Assembly (NCBI GenBank): GCA_038231275.1
Contig: JBBRLQ010000016.1
Coordinates: forward strand, 32,001 to 96,000
Direction of reading: 5' to 3'
DNA: 64,000 nucleotides
Origin: Polyangiales bacterium
Lineage (GTDB): Bacteria; Myxococcota_A; Polyangia; Polyangiales; Polyangiaceae
Positions within the stretch are counted from its first letter, which is position 1. Each line of letters starts with the position of its first letter. Shown here in pieces: positions 54,139 to 63,843 of the stretch. The position numbers and the translations under genes were made by a program. The notes beneath the pieces are model-generated. The model did no database searches. It saw nothing but the letters and a program-made list of their open reading frames with translations, and had not been told where the DNA came from.

Positions 54139-56340
54139 ATGGCCTCGTTCACATCACGGCCCGAGGTGCGCGCAGAGAACGGAGCGCGACGACGCTTCGT
54201 CTCTGTCGGCACCAAGCTGACGGGCGCGATGCTCGTGGTGCTGTGCGTCGTGACCGGGTTCGCCTACTTCGAGGTGAGCCGGCACGAGACCGAGGTGCTC
54301 CTGTCGTCGAAGGCGCGCGCGGCGTTGATGGTGAGCGATCTGTTCGCCGCAGGCGTGACCGCTCCGCTCTCCTTCGGCGACGAGCCTGGCGTGCGCGAGC
54401 ACATCGCCCAGCTGATGGCGAACGCCAACATCGTGTATGGCGGCGTGTGGGCCGTCGATCCGGCGCATCCCGGGGAGCGCGGCGAGCTCGTGGGTGAAAC
54501 GGCGCGGGGGTCCGACGTTCCCCCAGCGCCGCGGGAGATCCCCGCCAAAACCAACCTGACGGGCACCCCGCTCGTGTTCGTCGTCGAAGAGCCGGTTGCC
54601 GGCGCTTCGGGCGAGCTCCTAGGTGTCGCGCGCGTCGCGTTTTCGCTGCAGCCCCAAAACGCCGCGATCGCGGCCGCGAAAGACCGGACGTTGGCGACGT
54701 CCCTGGCGATGGGCTTCGTCCTCGCCGCGGTCCTCCTCGCGCTCTCGCGCACGCTGGTCGTCCGCAGGCTCGCCAGCCTCGCCCGCGCCGCCAAACGCCT
54801 GGAGGACGGCAGCGACGTCGACGTCGACGTCGACAGCAACGATGAAGTCGGCCACCTCGCACGTGCGTTCACGAGCATGAGCGCCGCCATCGCCAGCCGC
54901 GAAGCGCGCATCGTCTCCCGCAACCGCGACTTGAGACGCGTCCTCGACAACGTGGCCGAGGGCCTCATGACCGTCAAGAAGGACGGAGCGATGTCCGACG
55001 AGCGCTCCCGCGTCCTCGACCAGTGGTTCGGCGTCCCCGCGGAGAGCGCGAAGATCTTCGACTACTTCGAAGCCTTCGCGCCGGAGGTCGGGCGACTCTT
55101 GCGCATCGGCTGGCTCGCGCTCGAGGATGATTTCATGCCCGTCGAGGTGATCCTCGATCAATTGCCGCGACGCTTTCGCCACGGCCCGCGCGCCTTCGAC
55201 GTCGACTACTCGCCGATCTGGAAGGGTCGCGACAACGAGCTGGTCTTGGACGAGATCCTCGTCGTGGTGCGCGACGTCACGTCGTCGGTCGAGCGCGAGC
55301 GGGCCGAGCAAAGTCAACGCGAGGCGCTCCGCGTATTTCGGCACATTTTGCTCGATCCCGCAGGATTCCGCGGGTTCATGCAGGCTACCGCGCACCTCCT
55401 CGACGTCATCGAGCAGAACGCGCACGACGCGCCGCGCTCGCGCCGCGACATCCATACGCTCAACGGCAACGCGGCGCTCTACGGGCTCGAGAGCCTCTCC
55501 GCCGCCTGCCACCGCATCGAATCGCGTCTTCAGGACGAAGGGGGCGCGCCGACCGCCGCGGACCTCGTGGAGCTCCGCGCCGCGTGGGACCTCGTGTGTG
55601 CGCTCGCGTCGGATCTCGACGGACCGGCGCGGCGGCCGCACGTGGAGCTCCGGACCGAGGAGTACGAGCGTCATCTCGCGGAAATCGAGCGTGGCGCCGC
55701 GCATGCAGAGCTCGCCGCGACCGCGCGCGCATGGACCCACGAGCTCGCCGAGCGCCGCCTCGAGCGCATCGTCGAACAAGCTCGCTCGATCGCGCGGCGC
55801 GTGGGCAAGGCCGACGTGACGATCGAAGCGCACGCCCGACCCACCGCGTTGCGTCTCCCCGTGGCCCGCTGGGCGCCGTTTTGGAGCGTCTTCACCCACG
55901 TGCTTCGCAACACCCTCGATCATGGCATCGAGACGAACCAGGAGCGCGTCGCGACGGGAAAAACCGGGAGCGGCCGCGTCGACATCACCCTGTCGACGAC
56001 GCGCACCTCCGTCGAGCTTCGCGTCGAGGACGACGGTGGTGGGATCGCGTGGGAAAAAGTACGCGAGCGCGCCGTCGGGCTCGGCCTCGCCCACGACTCC
56101 CACTCGGATCTGGAGGAGGCGCTGTACGTCGATCGCATGACCACACGCCACTCGGTCACCGAGATCTCGGGTCGCGGCGTCGGCCTCGGGGCGGTCCGCG
56201 AGGTCGTCGTCGGCTGCGGTGGCACGATCGCCCTCGAAACCTCGCCCGGCCGCGGCACCGTATTCGTGTTCCGATTCCCCCTCGCCATGCTCGAGGACGC
56301 ACGAAGCAGCGCGCCGTCCACGACCCCCAAGGTGGCGTAG
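54139..56340 (+). CDS. Membrane CheA-like histidine kinase: TM-periplasmic-TM-HAMP-PAS-Hpt-HATPase, no CheW domain
   Basis: Two TMs; SNDEVGHLARAF..M (HAMP); VLDNV.EGL (PAS-like); IHTLNGNA (Hpt); HVLRNTLDHGIE, EDDGGG, ISGRGVGLGAV, GRGT.F. Confidence 0.88.
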   Translation: MASFTSRPEVRAENGARRRFVSVGTKLTGAMLVVLCVVTGFAYFEVSRHETEVLLSSKARAALMVSDLFAAGVTAPLSFGDEPGVREHIAQLMANANIVYGGVWAVDPAHPGERGELVGETARGSDVPPAPREIPAKTNLTGTPLVFVVEEPVAGASGELLGVARVAFSLQPQNAAIAAAKDRTLATSLAMGFVLAAVLLALSRTLVVRRLASLARAAKRLEDGSDVDVDVDSNDEVGHLARAFTSMSAAIASREARIVSRNRDLRRVLDNVAEGLMTVKKDGAMSDERSRVLDQWFGVPAESAKIFDYFEAFAPEVGRLLRIGWLALEDDFMPVEVILDQLPRRFRHGPRAFDVDYSPIWKGRDNELVLDEILVVVRDVTSSVERERAEQSQREALRVFRHILLDPAGFRGFMQATAHLLDVIEQNAHDAPRSRRDIHTLNGNAALYGLESLSAACHRIESRLQDEGGAPTAADLVELRAAWDLVCALASDLDGPARRPHVELRTEEYERHLAEIERGAAHAELAATARAWTHELAERRLERIVEQARSIARRVGKADVTIEAHARPTALRLPVARWAPFWSVFTHVLRNTLDHGIETNQERVATGKTGSGRVDITLSTTRTSVELRVEDDGGGIAWEKVRERAVGLGLAHDSHSDLEEALYVDRMTTRHSVTEISGRGVGLGAVREVVVGCGGTIALETSPGRGTVFVFRFPLAMLEDARSSAPSTTPKVA

Positions 56341-56395
56341 GCGACACGCTTCTTTCGGCTACAGGCTGGAGCCGACCGCCCGTTCACCTGAGGTC

Positions 56396-57622
56396 ATGGA
56401 CCGGACCCGCGCCGCAAACTTCGACCGGAACGCAGACCACGGGCAGGTCACGCACGACGCAGGCGAGGTCACCGGCATCCGGAAGAGCGTGCCCGCGCGG
56501 GCCTCGCGAACGCGCGTCGAGGTGGACCTCGCGGCGATCGTCGCCAACGCGCGCGACGTGAAAGAACGCGTCGGCCACGGCACAGGCGTGCTCGCGATGC
56601 TGAAGGCGAACGCGTACGGCCACGGTCTCCTCCCGGTCGCCCACGCGCTCGCGCTGGACGGGACGATCGCGGGCATGGTGGTCACGACGCAAGCCGACGG
56701 CCTCGCGCTCCGCCGGAGCGGCATTGGGACGCCCATCCTCGTCCTCGGTGCCGGCTCCGTCACCGATCCTCGCGCCGGGCTCGACGCGGGGCTCGTCCCC
56801 GTCCTCGCGTCGGTCAGCGATCTCGAAGCCGTGGCGCGCGCGGCGCGGGCGCGAGGCCTGCGTGCGGCCGTCCACGTGAAGCTCGACACGGGAATGGGGC
56901 GCCTCGGCGTGAAGGAGGCCGACGTTCACGCGTTCCTGCGCGCGGCGAGCCGCTGTCCCGAGATCGCGATCGTCGGACTCTGCACGCATCTCACGTCCGC
57001 GGACGACGGCGATCCGGCGCAGAGCGATCACCAGCTCGCGGCCTTCGAAGGGGCATACGCGGCCTTCGCCGCCGCCGGGCATTGGCCGACGGAGCTCCAC
57101 GTCGCGAACACCGCGGCCACGTTTCGTTTACCCCGTACGCACTTCTCGCACGTGCGCACCGGGATCGCGCTGTTCGGAGGCGACGAGCCGAGCGGCGCGC
57201 GACTACGGCCGGCGATGCGGCTCGTCACACACGTCGCCGAGGTCCGCGCCGTGGCGACGGGCGACGGTGTCTCGTACGGCGCGACGTGGCGTGCCCCGCG
57301 CCCCTCGCGGATCGCGACGCTCCCCGTCGGCTATTCCTCGGGCTACCCGCGACGGCTCGCCGGGCGCGCCGAAGTGCTCGTCCACGGACGCCGCTGCCCC
57401 GTGGTCGGCCTCATCTGCATGGAGGCCTGCATGGTCGACGTGACGGACCTTCCCTTCGACGTGACCGTCGGCGACGACGTCGTGCTCTTCGGAGACGACG
57501 GTGCGGACCGGATCCTCGCGACCGACCTGGCGCAGGCGACCGGTGGAATCGTCGAAGAAATTTTTTGCGGCATCCCACGAGACCTGCCGCGCGAATACCG
57601 CGACGCGGGAGCCCCACGATGA
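56396..57622 (+). CDS. Alanine racemase-family PLP racemase (divergent, substrate uncertain)
   Basis: EVDL.AI..N, AMLKANAYGHG, HVKLDTGMGRLG, THL..AD, R.GIAL, VSYGATW, P.GY..GY.R. Confidence 0.9.
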   Translation: MDRTRAANFDRNADHGQVTHDAGEVTGIRKSVPARASRTRVEVDLAAIVANARDVKERVGHGTGVLAMLKANAYGHGLLPVAHALALDGTIAGMVVTTQADGLALRRSGIGTPILVLGAGSVTDPRAGLDAGLVPVLASVSDLEAVARAARARGLRAAVHVKLDTGMGRLGVKEADVHAFLRAASRCPEIAIVGLCTHLTSADDGDPAQSDHQLAAFEGAYAAFAAAGHWPTELHVANTAATFRLPRTHFSHVRTGIALFGGDEPSGARLRPAMRLVTHVAEVRAVATGDGVSYGATWRAPRPSRIATLPVGYSSGYPRRLAGRAEVLVHGRRCPVVGLICMEACMVDVTDLPFDVTVGDDVVLFGDDGADRILATDLAQATGGIVEEIFCGIPRDLPREYRDAGAPR

Positions 57623-60600
57623 CGTCCCTCCGAGCCACGACACGCGCATCCCTGGACGATACGGGTCTCCTCGCGATCGCCGGTGCCCACTCGGCGTCAC
57701 CGGGGGCCGCGCTCATCGGCGTCGTCGCGGGCTTGCTCACGCGTTACTCCGGCAAGACCGCGGTGACGTTGCGTGTCGACGTCGACGGCGTCGCCCGCCG
57801 GTTGCGCGTCGACGTCGATGGAGCCCCGAGCACCGGTGAGCTCGTTTCCCGCGCCGAGGTCGCGCTCGCCGCCGCCGTCGCCGACGAGAGCCGGTCGGAA
57901 GGGCACGCGCTCCCGGGAATCGTCGACGACGCCGATGTGCACGTCGTGCTCGGCCCGGTGACGGACACGGAAGGCGCCGATCTGGTTATTTCCGCGTCGA
58001 AAGGCGGCATCGATCTCGACTTCGGCGCGCGCATCGAAGCCATCGCGGCGGACCGGATCACGTCCCACGTGTCGACGCTGATCGCGGCGATGGCGTCCGC
58101 CGCCGACGCACGCGCTGCGGTGGCGATGCCCGTGGCCTGTTTGCCCCTGGTCGATGGGGAAGAGCACGCCTGGCTCCTCGCGCGCTCGAACGCCTGCAAC
58201 ATCCTCTGGAACGAGGCGCTCCCCAGCGTCGTCGCCCTGTTCGAGGCGCACGCGCGGAAAACGCCGGACGCTCCCGCACTGCAAGAGGGCGCCCGCACCT
58301 ACACGTACGCGGAGACCAACGCCGCCGCCGATGCGTTGGCTGCACTACTGCGTGCGCGCGTCGGCGACGAGAATCGACGCGTGGCCGTGTACCTCGAACG
58401 CGGCGCGTACGCCGTGATCGCGTTCCTGGGAATTCTCAAGGCGCGCGCGACGTACGTGCCGATCGACGTCACCTACCCGCAAGGGCGTGTGGCCGCGATC
58501 CTCGCCGTGGCGGCGCCCGCCGTCCTGCTCACCCGCGCCGCGTTGTCCGCGGACGCGTCGGCGAGCCTCGAATTCGCGCCCCCTCGCGTGCTCGTCGACG
58601 ATCCCGCACGCGACGAAGCCGAAGGCGCGCGCATCGTGGACGTGCCGCCCGGCGCGACGACGGTGCGGCCCGACGACATCGCCTACACGATCTTCACCTC
58701 GGGCTCGACGGGCCAGCCGAAGGGTGTCGTCGTCGATCATCGAGCGCTCGCCAGCTACGCGCGCGCCGTCACCGACGCCTACGGCCTCGGCGCGCATGAT
58801 CGAGTCCTCCAAGCCGCGTCGCTCGGCTTCGATCTCAGCCTCGAAGAGATCGTCATCACGTTGACCGCCGGCGCGTGCCTCGTCTTCCGCAGCGCCGCGC
58901 CCATCGCGTCGGTCCAGTCGTTCGTCGCCGAGTGCGACGCCGCACGCCTCACCGTCCTCAGCATCACGTCGGCGCTCTGGCACGAGCTGACGCTGCGCCT
59001 CGACGACGGCTCCGTGCGCCTCCCGGAGCGCGTGCGCCTCGTGATCCTCGGCGCGGACGTCGCGCGCCCCGACATCCTCACGGTGTGGAGGCGCGCCACC
59101 GACCCGTCGATACGCCTCGTGAACAGCTACGGTTTGACTGAGACGACTATCGTTGCGACGGTGTGGGAAGACACGCGCGCGCCGCTCGGCGAAGGTCTCC
59201 GCGCGTTGCCCGTAGGACGGCCTCTCCGCAACGCCTCCACCTACGTGCTCGACGCGCACTCCGCGTTCGTCCCCGTCGGCGTCGCCGGCGAAGTCTGCGT
59301 GGGCGGCCTCGCGGTCGCGCGTGGATACCTCGGCGACGAAGCGCTCACCCGCGCGCGGTTCGTACCCGACCCGTTTCTCCCCGGCCATCTCATGTACCGG
59401 ACGGGCGACCGCGGCATCCTCGGAGCCGGCGGCGACCTGCAGTTTCTCGGGCGCGCCGACTACCAGATCAAGGTAAACGGCGTACGCATCGAGCTCGGGG
59501 AGATCGAGACGCGGCTCCGCGAGCTCCCGGGTGTCGTGGAGGGCGTCGTCGTCGCGCAAAAAAACCACGCGGGCGAGACCGAGCTCGACGCGCACGTGAT
59601 GGTCACGTCGTCGGCGGTGACCGCGGAAGCACTGCGGGCACACCTGCAGCTCGTCATCCCGCTCGCAGCCGTCCCCGCGCGATTCCACGTAGTCGACCGT
59701 TTCCCCCTCACGCCGGCGGGCAAGATCGATCGGCGCGCCCTCGCCGCACGCGTGACGCCGTCGTTGCGGGTCGCCGGCGTGGACCAGACGCCGCCGTCGA
59801 CGCCGACCGAAGAGCTGGTCGTGCGCGCGATCGCCGAGGTCCTCGGTCGGCCCAGCGTGGGCGTTCTCGACGACTTCGTCCGCCTCGGAGGGACCTCCTT
59901 GGCGGCGGTCCGCGCCGCGTCGCTCCTCGCGCATCGAATGTCGCGGCCCGTGCGCGCACAGGTCTTCCTCGACGGGAGAACCCTTCGGGAGGCATCGGCG
60001 GACCTCGCGAGCCCCATGCACACCCACGCCACGTCGCTCGTTCCATTGGGATCGATCGCGCGCGATCAGGCGCTCGATCCGGCGATCGTCGCGCTCGGCG
60101 ACGTCGCGGGTCGGGGCACGCTCGCGAACGTGCTCGTGACCGGCGCCACCGGCTTCTTCGGCGCCTTCGTGCTGGCCGAGCTCCTCCGCGAGACGTCGGG
60201 CCACGTCACGTGCATCGTGCGCGCCGCGTCGCTGGAGGAGGCACGCGCGCGACTAGTCGCGAACGCCGAGCGTCTCGAATGCGGCATCGAGCCCGACGCG
60301 TGGTCGCGGGTGACCGCGGTCGCGGGAGACCTCGCTGCGCCGTTCTTGGGCCTCGCCCCCGCCGACTACAAGCGCCTCGCCGCCACCGTCGACACGGTCT
60401 TCCACGTCGGCGCGCGCGTGAACATGATGCTGCCGTATAGCGCGCTGCGCGGGAGCAACGTCGTCGCCGTCGAATCCGTCCTTCGCTTCGCCACGACCGC
60501 GCGCGCGAAGACCGTGCACCACGTCTCGACGGTGGAGGTCCTCGCCGACACCGATCCGGGCGATCCCCAGGCGCGCCAAGAGCGTCGCGCCGCGGCCACG

Positions 60601-61308
60601 CCCGAGCTCCTCCACGAGGGGTATGGGCAAACGAAGTGGGTCGCCGAAAAGCTCGTCGAGGAGGCCCGCGCACGGGGAATTCACGCGTACATCCACCGGC
60701 CGGGGAGGCTCATGGGCCACTCGCGCACCGGCGCGTTCAACGCCGAGGATTTCCTCGTTCGCATGCTCGCGGCGTGCGTCGAGCTCGGCGCCGTTCCGCA
60801 CCTCGAGACGACCGTCGATCTCACGGCCGTGGACGACGCGAGCCGCATGCTCGTGCGCCTCGCGCGACGTTGCCCCTCGCGGGTCGACACGTTCCACCTC
60901 GTCCACCCCGAGGGGAAGACCTGGGCGTCGCTCGTGGCGGATCTCGGGCGTACGGGCGCGCGCGTGCAACTGCTCCCCCACGCCGAGTGGCAAGAGCTCT
61001 TGCAGAAACGCGCGGCGACGAGCGAGCGCGGCGACTTCTTGCGGTACTTGGCGGGAATGTCAGGCGATGTGCTGGAGGCCCAGATCGCCGGCGGCTTCGC
61101 TTCGGACAAGACCCGCGCCGTGCTGGAGGCGGACGTCTCGTGCGCGCCCGTCGACGCGCGGCTCCTCGCGACGTACATCCGCGCGCTGGGCACCGCCGGC
61201 ATCTTCCCCGCGCCGACGCCGTCGCTGAGCCCCAAGACGCGCGGCTCCGTCTTCCCTCCGCCGCGAGACGCGCGCGGCCGCGTGCAGAGCGCCGAAGAGA
61301 CGTCGTGA
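57619..61308 (+). CDS. NRPS-like reductase: degenerate condensation remnant, adenylation, thiolation and terminal thioester reductase domains (C*-A-T-R)
   Basis: AYTIFTSGSTGQPKG, FDLS, NSYGLTE, YRTGD, GRADYQIK.NG.RIELGEIE, PLTPAGKIDR; T: DDFVRLGGTSL; R: VLVTGATGFFG, GDL..P.LGL, GYGQTKW.AE; ATG at 57619 overlaps the racemase stop. Confidence 0.92.
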   Translation: MTSLRATTRASLDDTGLLAIAGAHSASPGAALIGVVAGLLTRYSGKTAVTLRVDVDGVARRLRVDVDGAPSTGELVSRAEVALAAAVADESRSEGHALPGIVDDADVHVVLGPVTDTEGADLVISASKGGIDLDFGARIEAIAADRITSHVSTLIAAMASAADARAAVAMPVACLPLVDGEEHAWLLARSNACNILWNEALPSVVALFEAHARKTPDAPALQEGARTYTYAETNAAADALAALLRARVGDENRRVAVYLERGAYAVIAFLGILKARATYVPIDVTYPQGRVAAILAVAAPAVLLTRAALSADASASLEFAPPRVLVDDPARDEAEGARIVDVPPGATTVRPDDIAYTIFTSGSTGQPKGVVVDHRALASYARAVTDAYGLGAHDRVLQAASLGFDLSLEEIVITLTAGACLVFRSAAPIASVQSFVAECDAARLTVLSITSALWHELTLRLDDGSVRLPERVRLVILGADVARPDILTVWRRATDPSIRLVNSYGLTETTIVATVWEDTRAPLGEGLRALPVGRPLRNASTYVLDAHSAFVPVGVAGEVCVGGLAVARGYLGDEALTRARFVPDPFLPGHLMYRTGDRGILGAGGDLQFLGRADYQIKVNGVRIELGEIETRLRELPGVVEGVVVAQKNHAGETELDAHVMVTSSAVTAEALRAHLQLVIPLAAVPARFHVVDRFPLTPAGKIDRRALAARVTPSLRVAGVDQTPPSTPTEELVVRAIAEVLGRPSVGVLDDFVRLGGTSLAAVRAASLLAHRMSRPVRAQVFLDGRTLREASADLASPMHTHATSLVPLGSIARDQALDPAIVALGDVAGRGTLANVLVTGATGFFGAFVLAELLRETSGHVTCIVRAASLEEARARLVANAERLECGIEPDAWSRVTAVAGDLAAPFLGLAPADYKRLAATVDTVFHVGARVNMMLPYSALRGSNVVAVESVLRFATTARAKTVHHVSTVEVLADTDPGDPQARQERRAAATPELLHEGYGQTKWVAEKLVEEARARGIHAYIHRPGRLMGHSRTGAFNAEDFLVRMLAACVELGAVPHLETTVDLTAVDDASRMLVRLARRCPSRVDTFHLVHPEGKTWASLVADLGRTGARVQLLPHAEWQELLQKRAATSERGDFLRYLAGMSGDVLEAQIAGGFASDKTRAVLEADVSCAPVDARLLATYIRALGTAGIFPAPTPSLSPKTRGSVFPPPRDARGRVQSAEETS

Positions 61309-62930
61309 CCGCTCCTTCGATGGAAGACGGCCCGAAGGTCGAGCGCTCGCTGTCACGGCGCGACGTCGTCCTCTTCCTCGTGTGCACGCTCGTCGGTCTC
61401 GACACGCTGGGCAGCGTCGCGGCCCACGGGGGCGAAGGCTTCGTGTGGCTGCTTGTGATGGCCGCGACGTTCTTCGTCCCCTACGCCCTCACGGTCGCCG
61501 AGCTCGGCGCCGCGTTCCCCCAGGAAGGCGGCGCGTACGTGTGGACCAAGCTCGCGTTCGGCCGCTCCGTCGCCGCGCTGAACGCCGTCTTCTATTGGAT
61601 CTCGAACCCGATCTGGCTCGGCGGCGCGCTCACGATCACCGCCATCACCACGTTCGAGACGTTCTTCGTTCCCCTCGGCCTCGTCGGCAAGTGTGTCTTC
61701 GGGCTCGCGCTGGTCTGGGGTTCCGTCGCGAGCGCCGTCGTCTCGCTTCGTGTCGGCGCGTGGATCACCCGGTGCGGCGCGGTTGCACGCGTGGCCCTCC
61801 TCGTTCTCTTCACGGGCACCGTCGCCATCTACGCCGCACGGCACGGCGTCCACGGCGCGCGTCTCCCGCAATTTTCGCCGACGTACGACGGTTTTTTCGC
61901 GGTCGTGCCGCTCCTCTTCTTCAACTTCGTCGGCTTCGAGCTTCCCAGCGCCGCCGGCGGAGAAATGGTCGATCCTCGCCGCGACGTGCCCTTCGCCGTC
62001 GCGCGCGCAGCCATCGCGGCCGTCGTTTGCTACGGCGTCCCCATCCTCGCCATCTTGCTGGTCCTCCCCACGGAGCGCATCACCGGGCTCAAGGGCTTCG
62101 TCGACACCATGCAGCTGGTCTTCACGGTGTACGGCGGCCACGTACAGCCCGCCGCCGGCGGCGGCGAGATCGTCGTCCTCGAAGGGGCCGGCAGAGTCAT
62201 GGGCGCCGTCGCCGCGATCGGCTTCATCGTCGCGCTCGCGACGAGCGGCATCACCTGGATCATGGGCGCCGACCGAAGCCAGGCGGTCGCCTGCCTCGAC
62301 GGAGGCGGCCCGCGATGGCTCGGCTCGTTCGAGAACCGGTGGGGTACGCCGGTGGCCCTCAACGTGGCCTCGGGCATCGTCGCCACGCTGGTCATGCTCG
62401 CGGCGTTCGCGGTCACCGGCGGCGACTCCGAGAAATTCTTCGCCGCGTCGTTGAACCTCGGAATCTCCACGACGACGCTCTCCTACCTCGTCATCTTCCC
62501 CACGCTCTTCCTGCTCCGACGGAAATCCCGCGACGTCGCGCGCCCCTACCGCGTGCCCGGCGGCGACGTCGGGGCGTTCGTCGCCAGCGTGCTGACCACC
62601 GGATGGGCCTGTTTCGCAGCGATCGGGCTCCTTTGGCCAGGCTTCGGCCGGCGCGGCGATCCCGACGCGGCGTTGCCCTCCGGCTTCGTCACCCTCGACG
62701 CGCATGGAATGGTCGTGGCGTCCGAGCGGGCGCTCTTCGAGCTCACCCAGATCGTACCGCTCGTGATTTTCCTCGCGCTCGGCGTTCTTCTCCTGGCGCG
62801 CGGGCGGCGCGAGCGAGCGCTCAAGGAGCGACCCGTCTCCGCGCCTGCACGCGCCTCAAGCCTTCGCCCTTCGCGCCGTTCATCCGAAGGATGCATCTCC
62901 GTTCGCCCGGCTCGCTTGTCCGTGCCCTGA
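61305..62930 (+). CDS. APC family amino acid permease/antiporter
   Basis: FFVPYAL..AELG..FP.EGG.YVW...AFG, F.FVGFE, EM.DPRRD.P, GTP, RPYRVPGG; about 12 TMs; GTGA overlap with the NRPS stop. Confidence 0.92.
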   Translation: MTAPSMEDGPKVERSLSRRDVVLFLVCTLVGLDTLGSVAAHGGEGFVWLLVMAATFFVPYALTVAELGAAFPQEGGAYVWTKLAFGRSVAALNAVFYWISNPIWLGGALTITAITTFETFFVPLGLVGKCVFGLALVWGSVASAVVSLRVGAWITRCGAVARVALLVLFTGTVAIYAARHGVHGARLPQFSPTYDGFFAVVPLLFFNFVGFELPSAAGGEMVDPRRDVPFAVARAAIAAVVCYGVPILAILLVLPTERITGLKGFVDTMQLVFTVYGGHVQPAAGGGEIVVLEGAGRVMGAVAAIGFIVALATSGITWIMGADRSQAVACLDGGGPRWLGSFENRWGTPVALNVASGIVATLVMLAAFAVTGGDSEKFFAASLNLGISTTTLSYLVIFPTLFLLRRKSRDVARPYRVPGGDVGAFVASVLTTGWACFAAIGLLWPGFGRRGDPDAALPSGFVTLDAHGMVVASERALFELTQIVPLVIFLALGVLLLARGRRERALKERPVSAPARASSLRPSRRSSEGCISVRPARLSVP

Positions 62931-63790
62931 TCACCGCCGGCCTCGTCTCCGGCGTCCTCGCCTGGGCGACGCCCTCCGCGGCGCAAGCGCCGAGTCCCGA
63001 CGATCCCACGCCACAGGCGCCGCCGGCGCCCGTCGGCATCTCCGGGCTCTTGTCGAACAGCCTCGTCCTTCGCGGAAATCCCGCCGAGTCCACACTCATC
63101 ACTGTGCTCTCCGCCGGCTACTCGTGGACCCCCGCGCTGTCGACGTTCGTGCGCATTGGATCGGTGCACAATGCATCCAGTGACACGTCGAGCGCCACCG
63201 GCCTCGCCAATCCCGCGCTCGGGGCGAGCCTGCAATTTCCCATCGGAAAGCACTTCATCGTCGGCGGCACCTCCGGGCTCACGCTCCCCATCGGCTCCGG
63301 CGGCGGAAACGGGCCTTCGGCGGCGGCCTTTCGCGCGTGGAACAACAGCATCGACTGGGGCGGCGCGATGTTCGCCGTCGACCACCTGGACATCTTCAAC
63401 GGCGTCCGCGCCTCGTTCGCCGCGGGCGCGCTCACCGTCCAATTCGAATCGATCCTCCACGAGCTCGTGCGCGTACGCGGCGAGGCCATCGACCCCATCG
63501 GCGCCGCCGCGAGCGTGACAGGCACCACGGCGACGGTGTCGTACGCGGTCATCCCACGACTCACCCTGTCGACCGCGCTCTCGGAGACGCGCTTCTGGAA
63601 CACGCCGGTCTACATTACGCAAAGCCCTGACTCGCGCGTCGACTACTTCTTCTCCGCGGGAGCCTCGACGAGCCTGAAATTGGGCGCGCTCGATCTCACG
63701 CCAGGCCTCGTGTACGCGCGCGCGCTCGATCTGCCGCTCGCAACTTCCCGCTTTCAGGTGCTCGAGGCGGATATCGGTTTCTCGCTTTGA
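62891..63790 (+). CDS. Exported protein, probable outer-membrane beta-barrel
   Basis: Signal peptide (LITAGLVSGVLAWATPSAA), G.ANP.LG, TLPIG.G, alternating strands, C-terminal ADIGFSL. Confidence 0.62.
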   Translation: MHLRSPGSLVRALITAGLVSGVLAWATPSAAQAPSPDDPTPQAPPAPVGISGLLSNSLVLRGNPAESTLITVLSAGYSWTPALSTFVRIGSVHNASSDTSSATGLANPALGASLQFPIGKHFIVGGTSGLTLPIGSGGGNGPSAAAFRAWNNSIDWGGAMFAVDHLDIFNGVRASFAAGALTVQFESILHELVRVRGEAIDPIGAAASVTGTTATVSYAVIPRLTLSTALSETRFWNTPVYITQSPDSRVDYFFSAGASTSLKLGALDLTPGLVYARALDLPLATSRFQVLEADIGFSL

Positions 63791-63843
63791 TTCCCGTGGT
63801 TGCCCCCTAAGCTCGCCGCCCCCTCGCGCCGTTTACCCAGTTC

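Noticed and set aside
57082..57618. N-terminal extension of the 1408-aa NRPS ORF
   Set aside because: Overlaps the racemase in another frame; the ATGA-coupled start at 57619 is more plausible
57619..61308. Myxochelin synthetase MxcG or a lysine-biosynthetic Lys2 orthologue
   Set aside because: No intact C domain and no DHB/aryl-carrier genes in the window; the A-domain code looks basic rather than aminoadipate-like; the context is racemase plus permease
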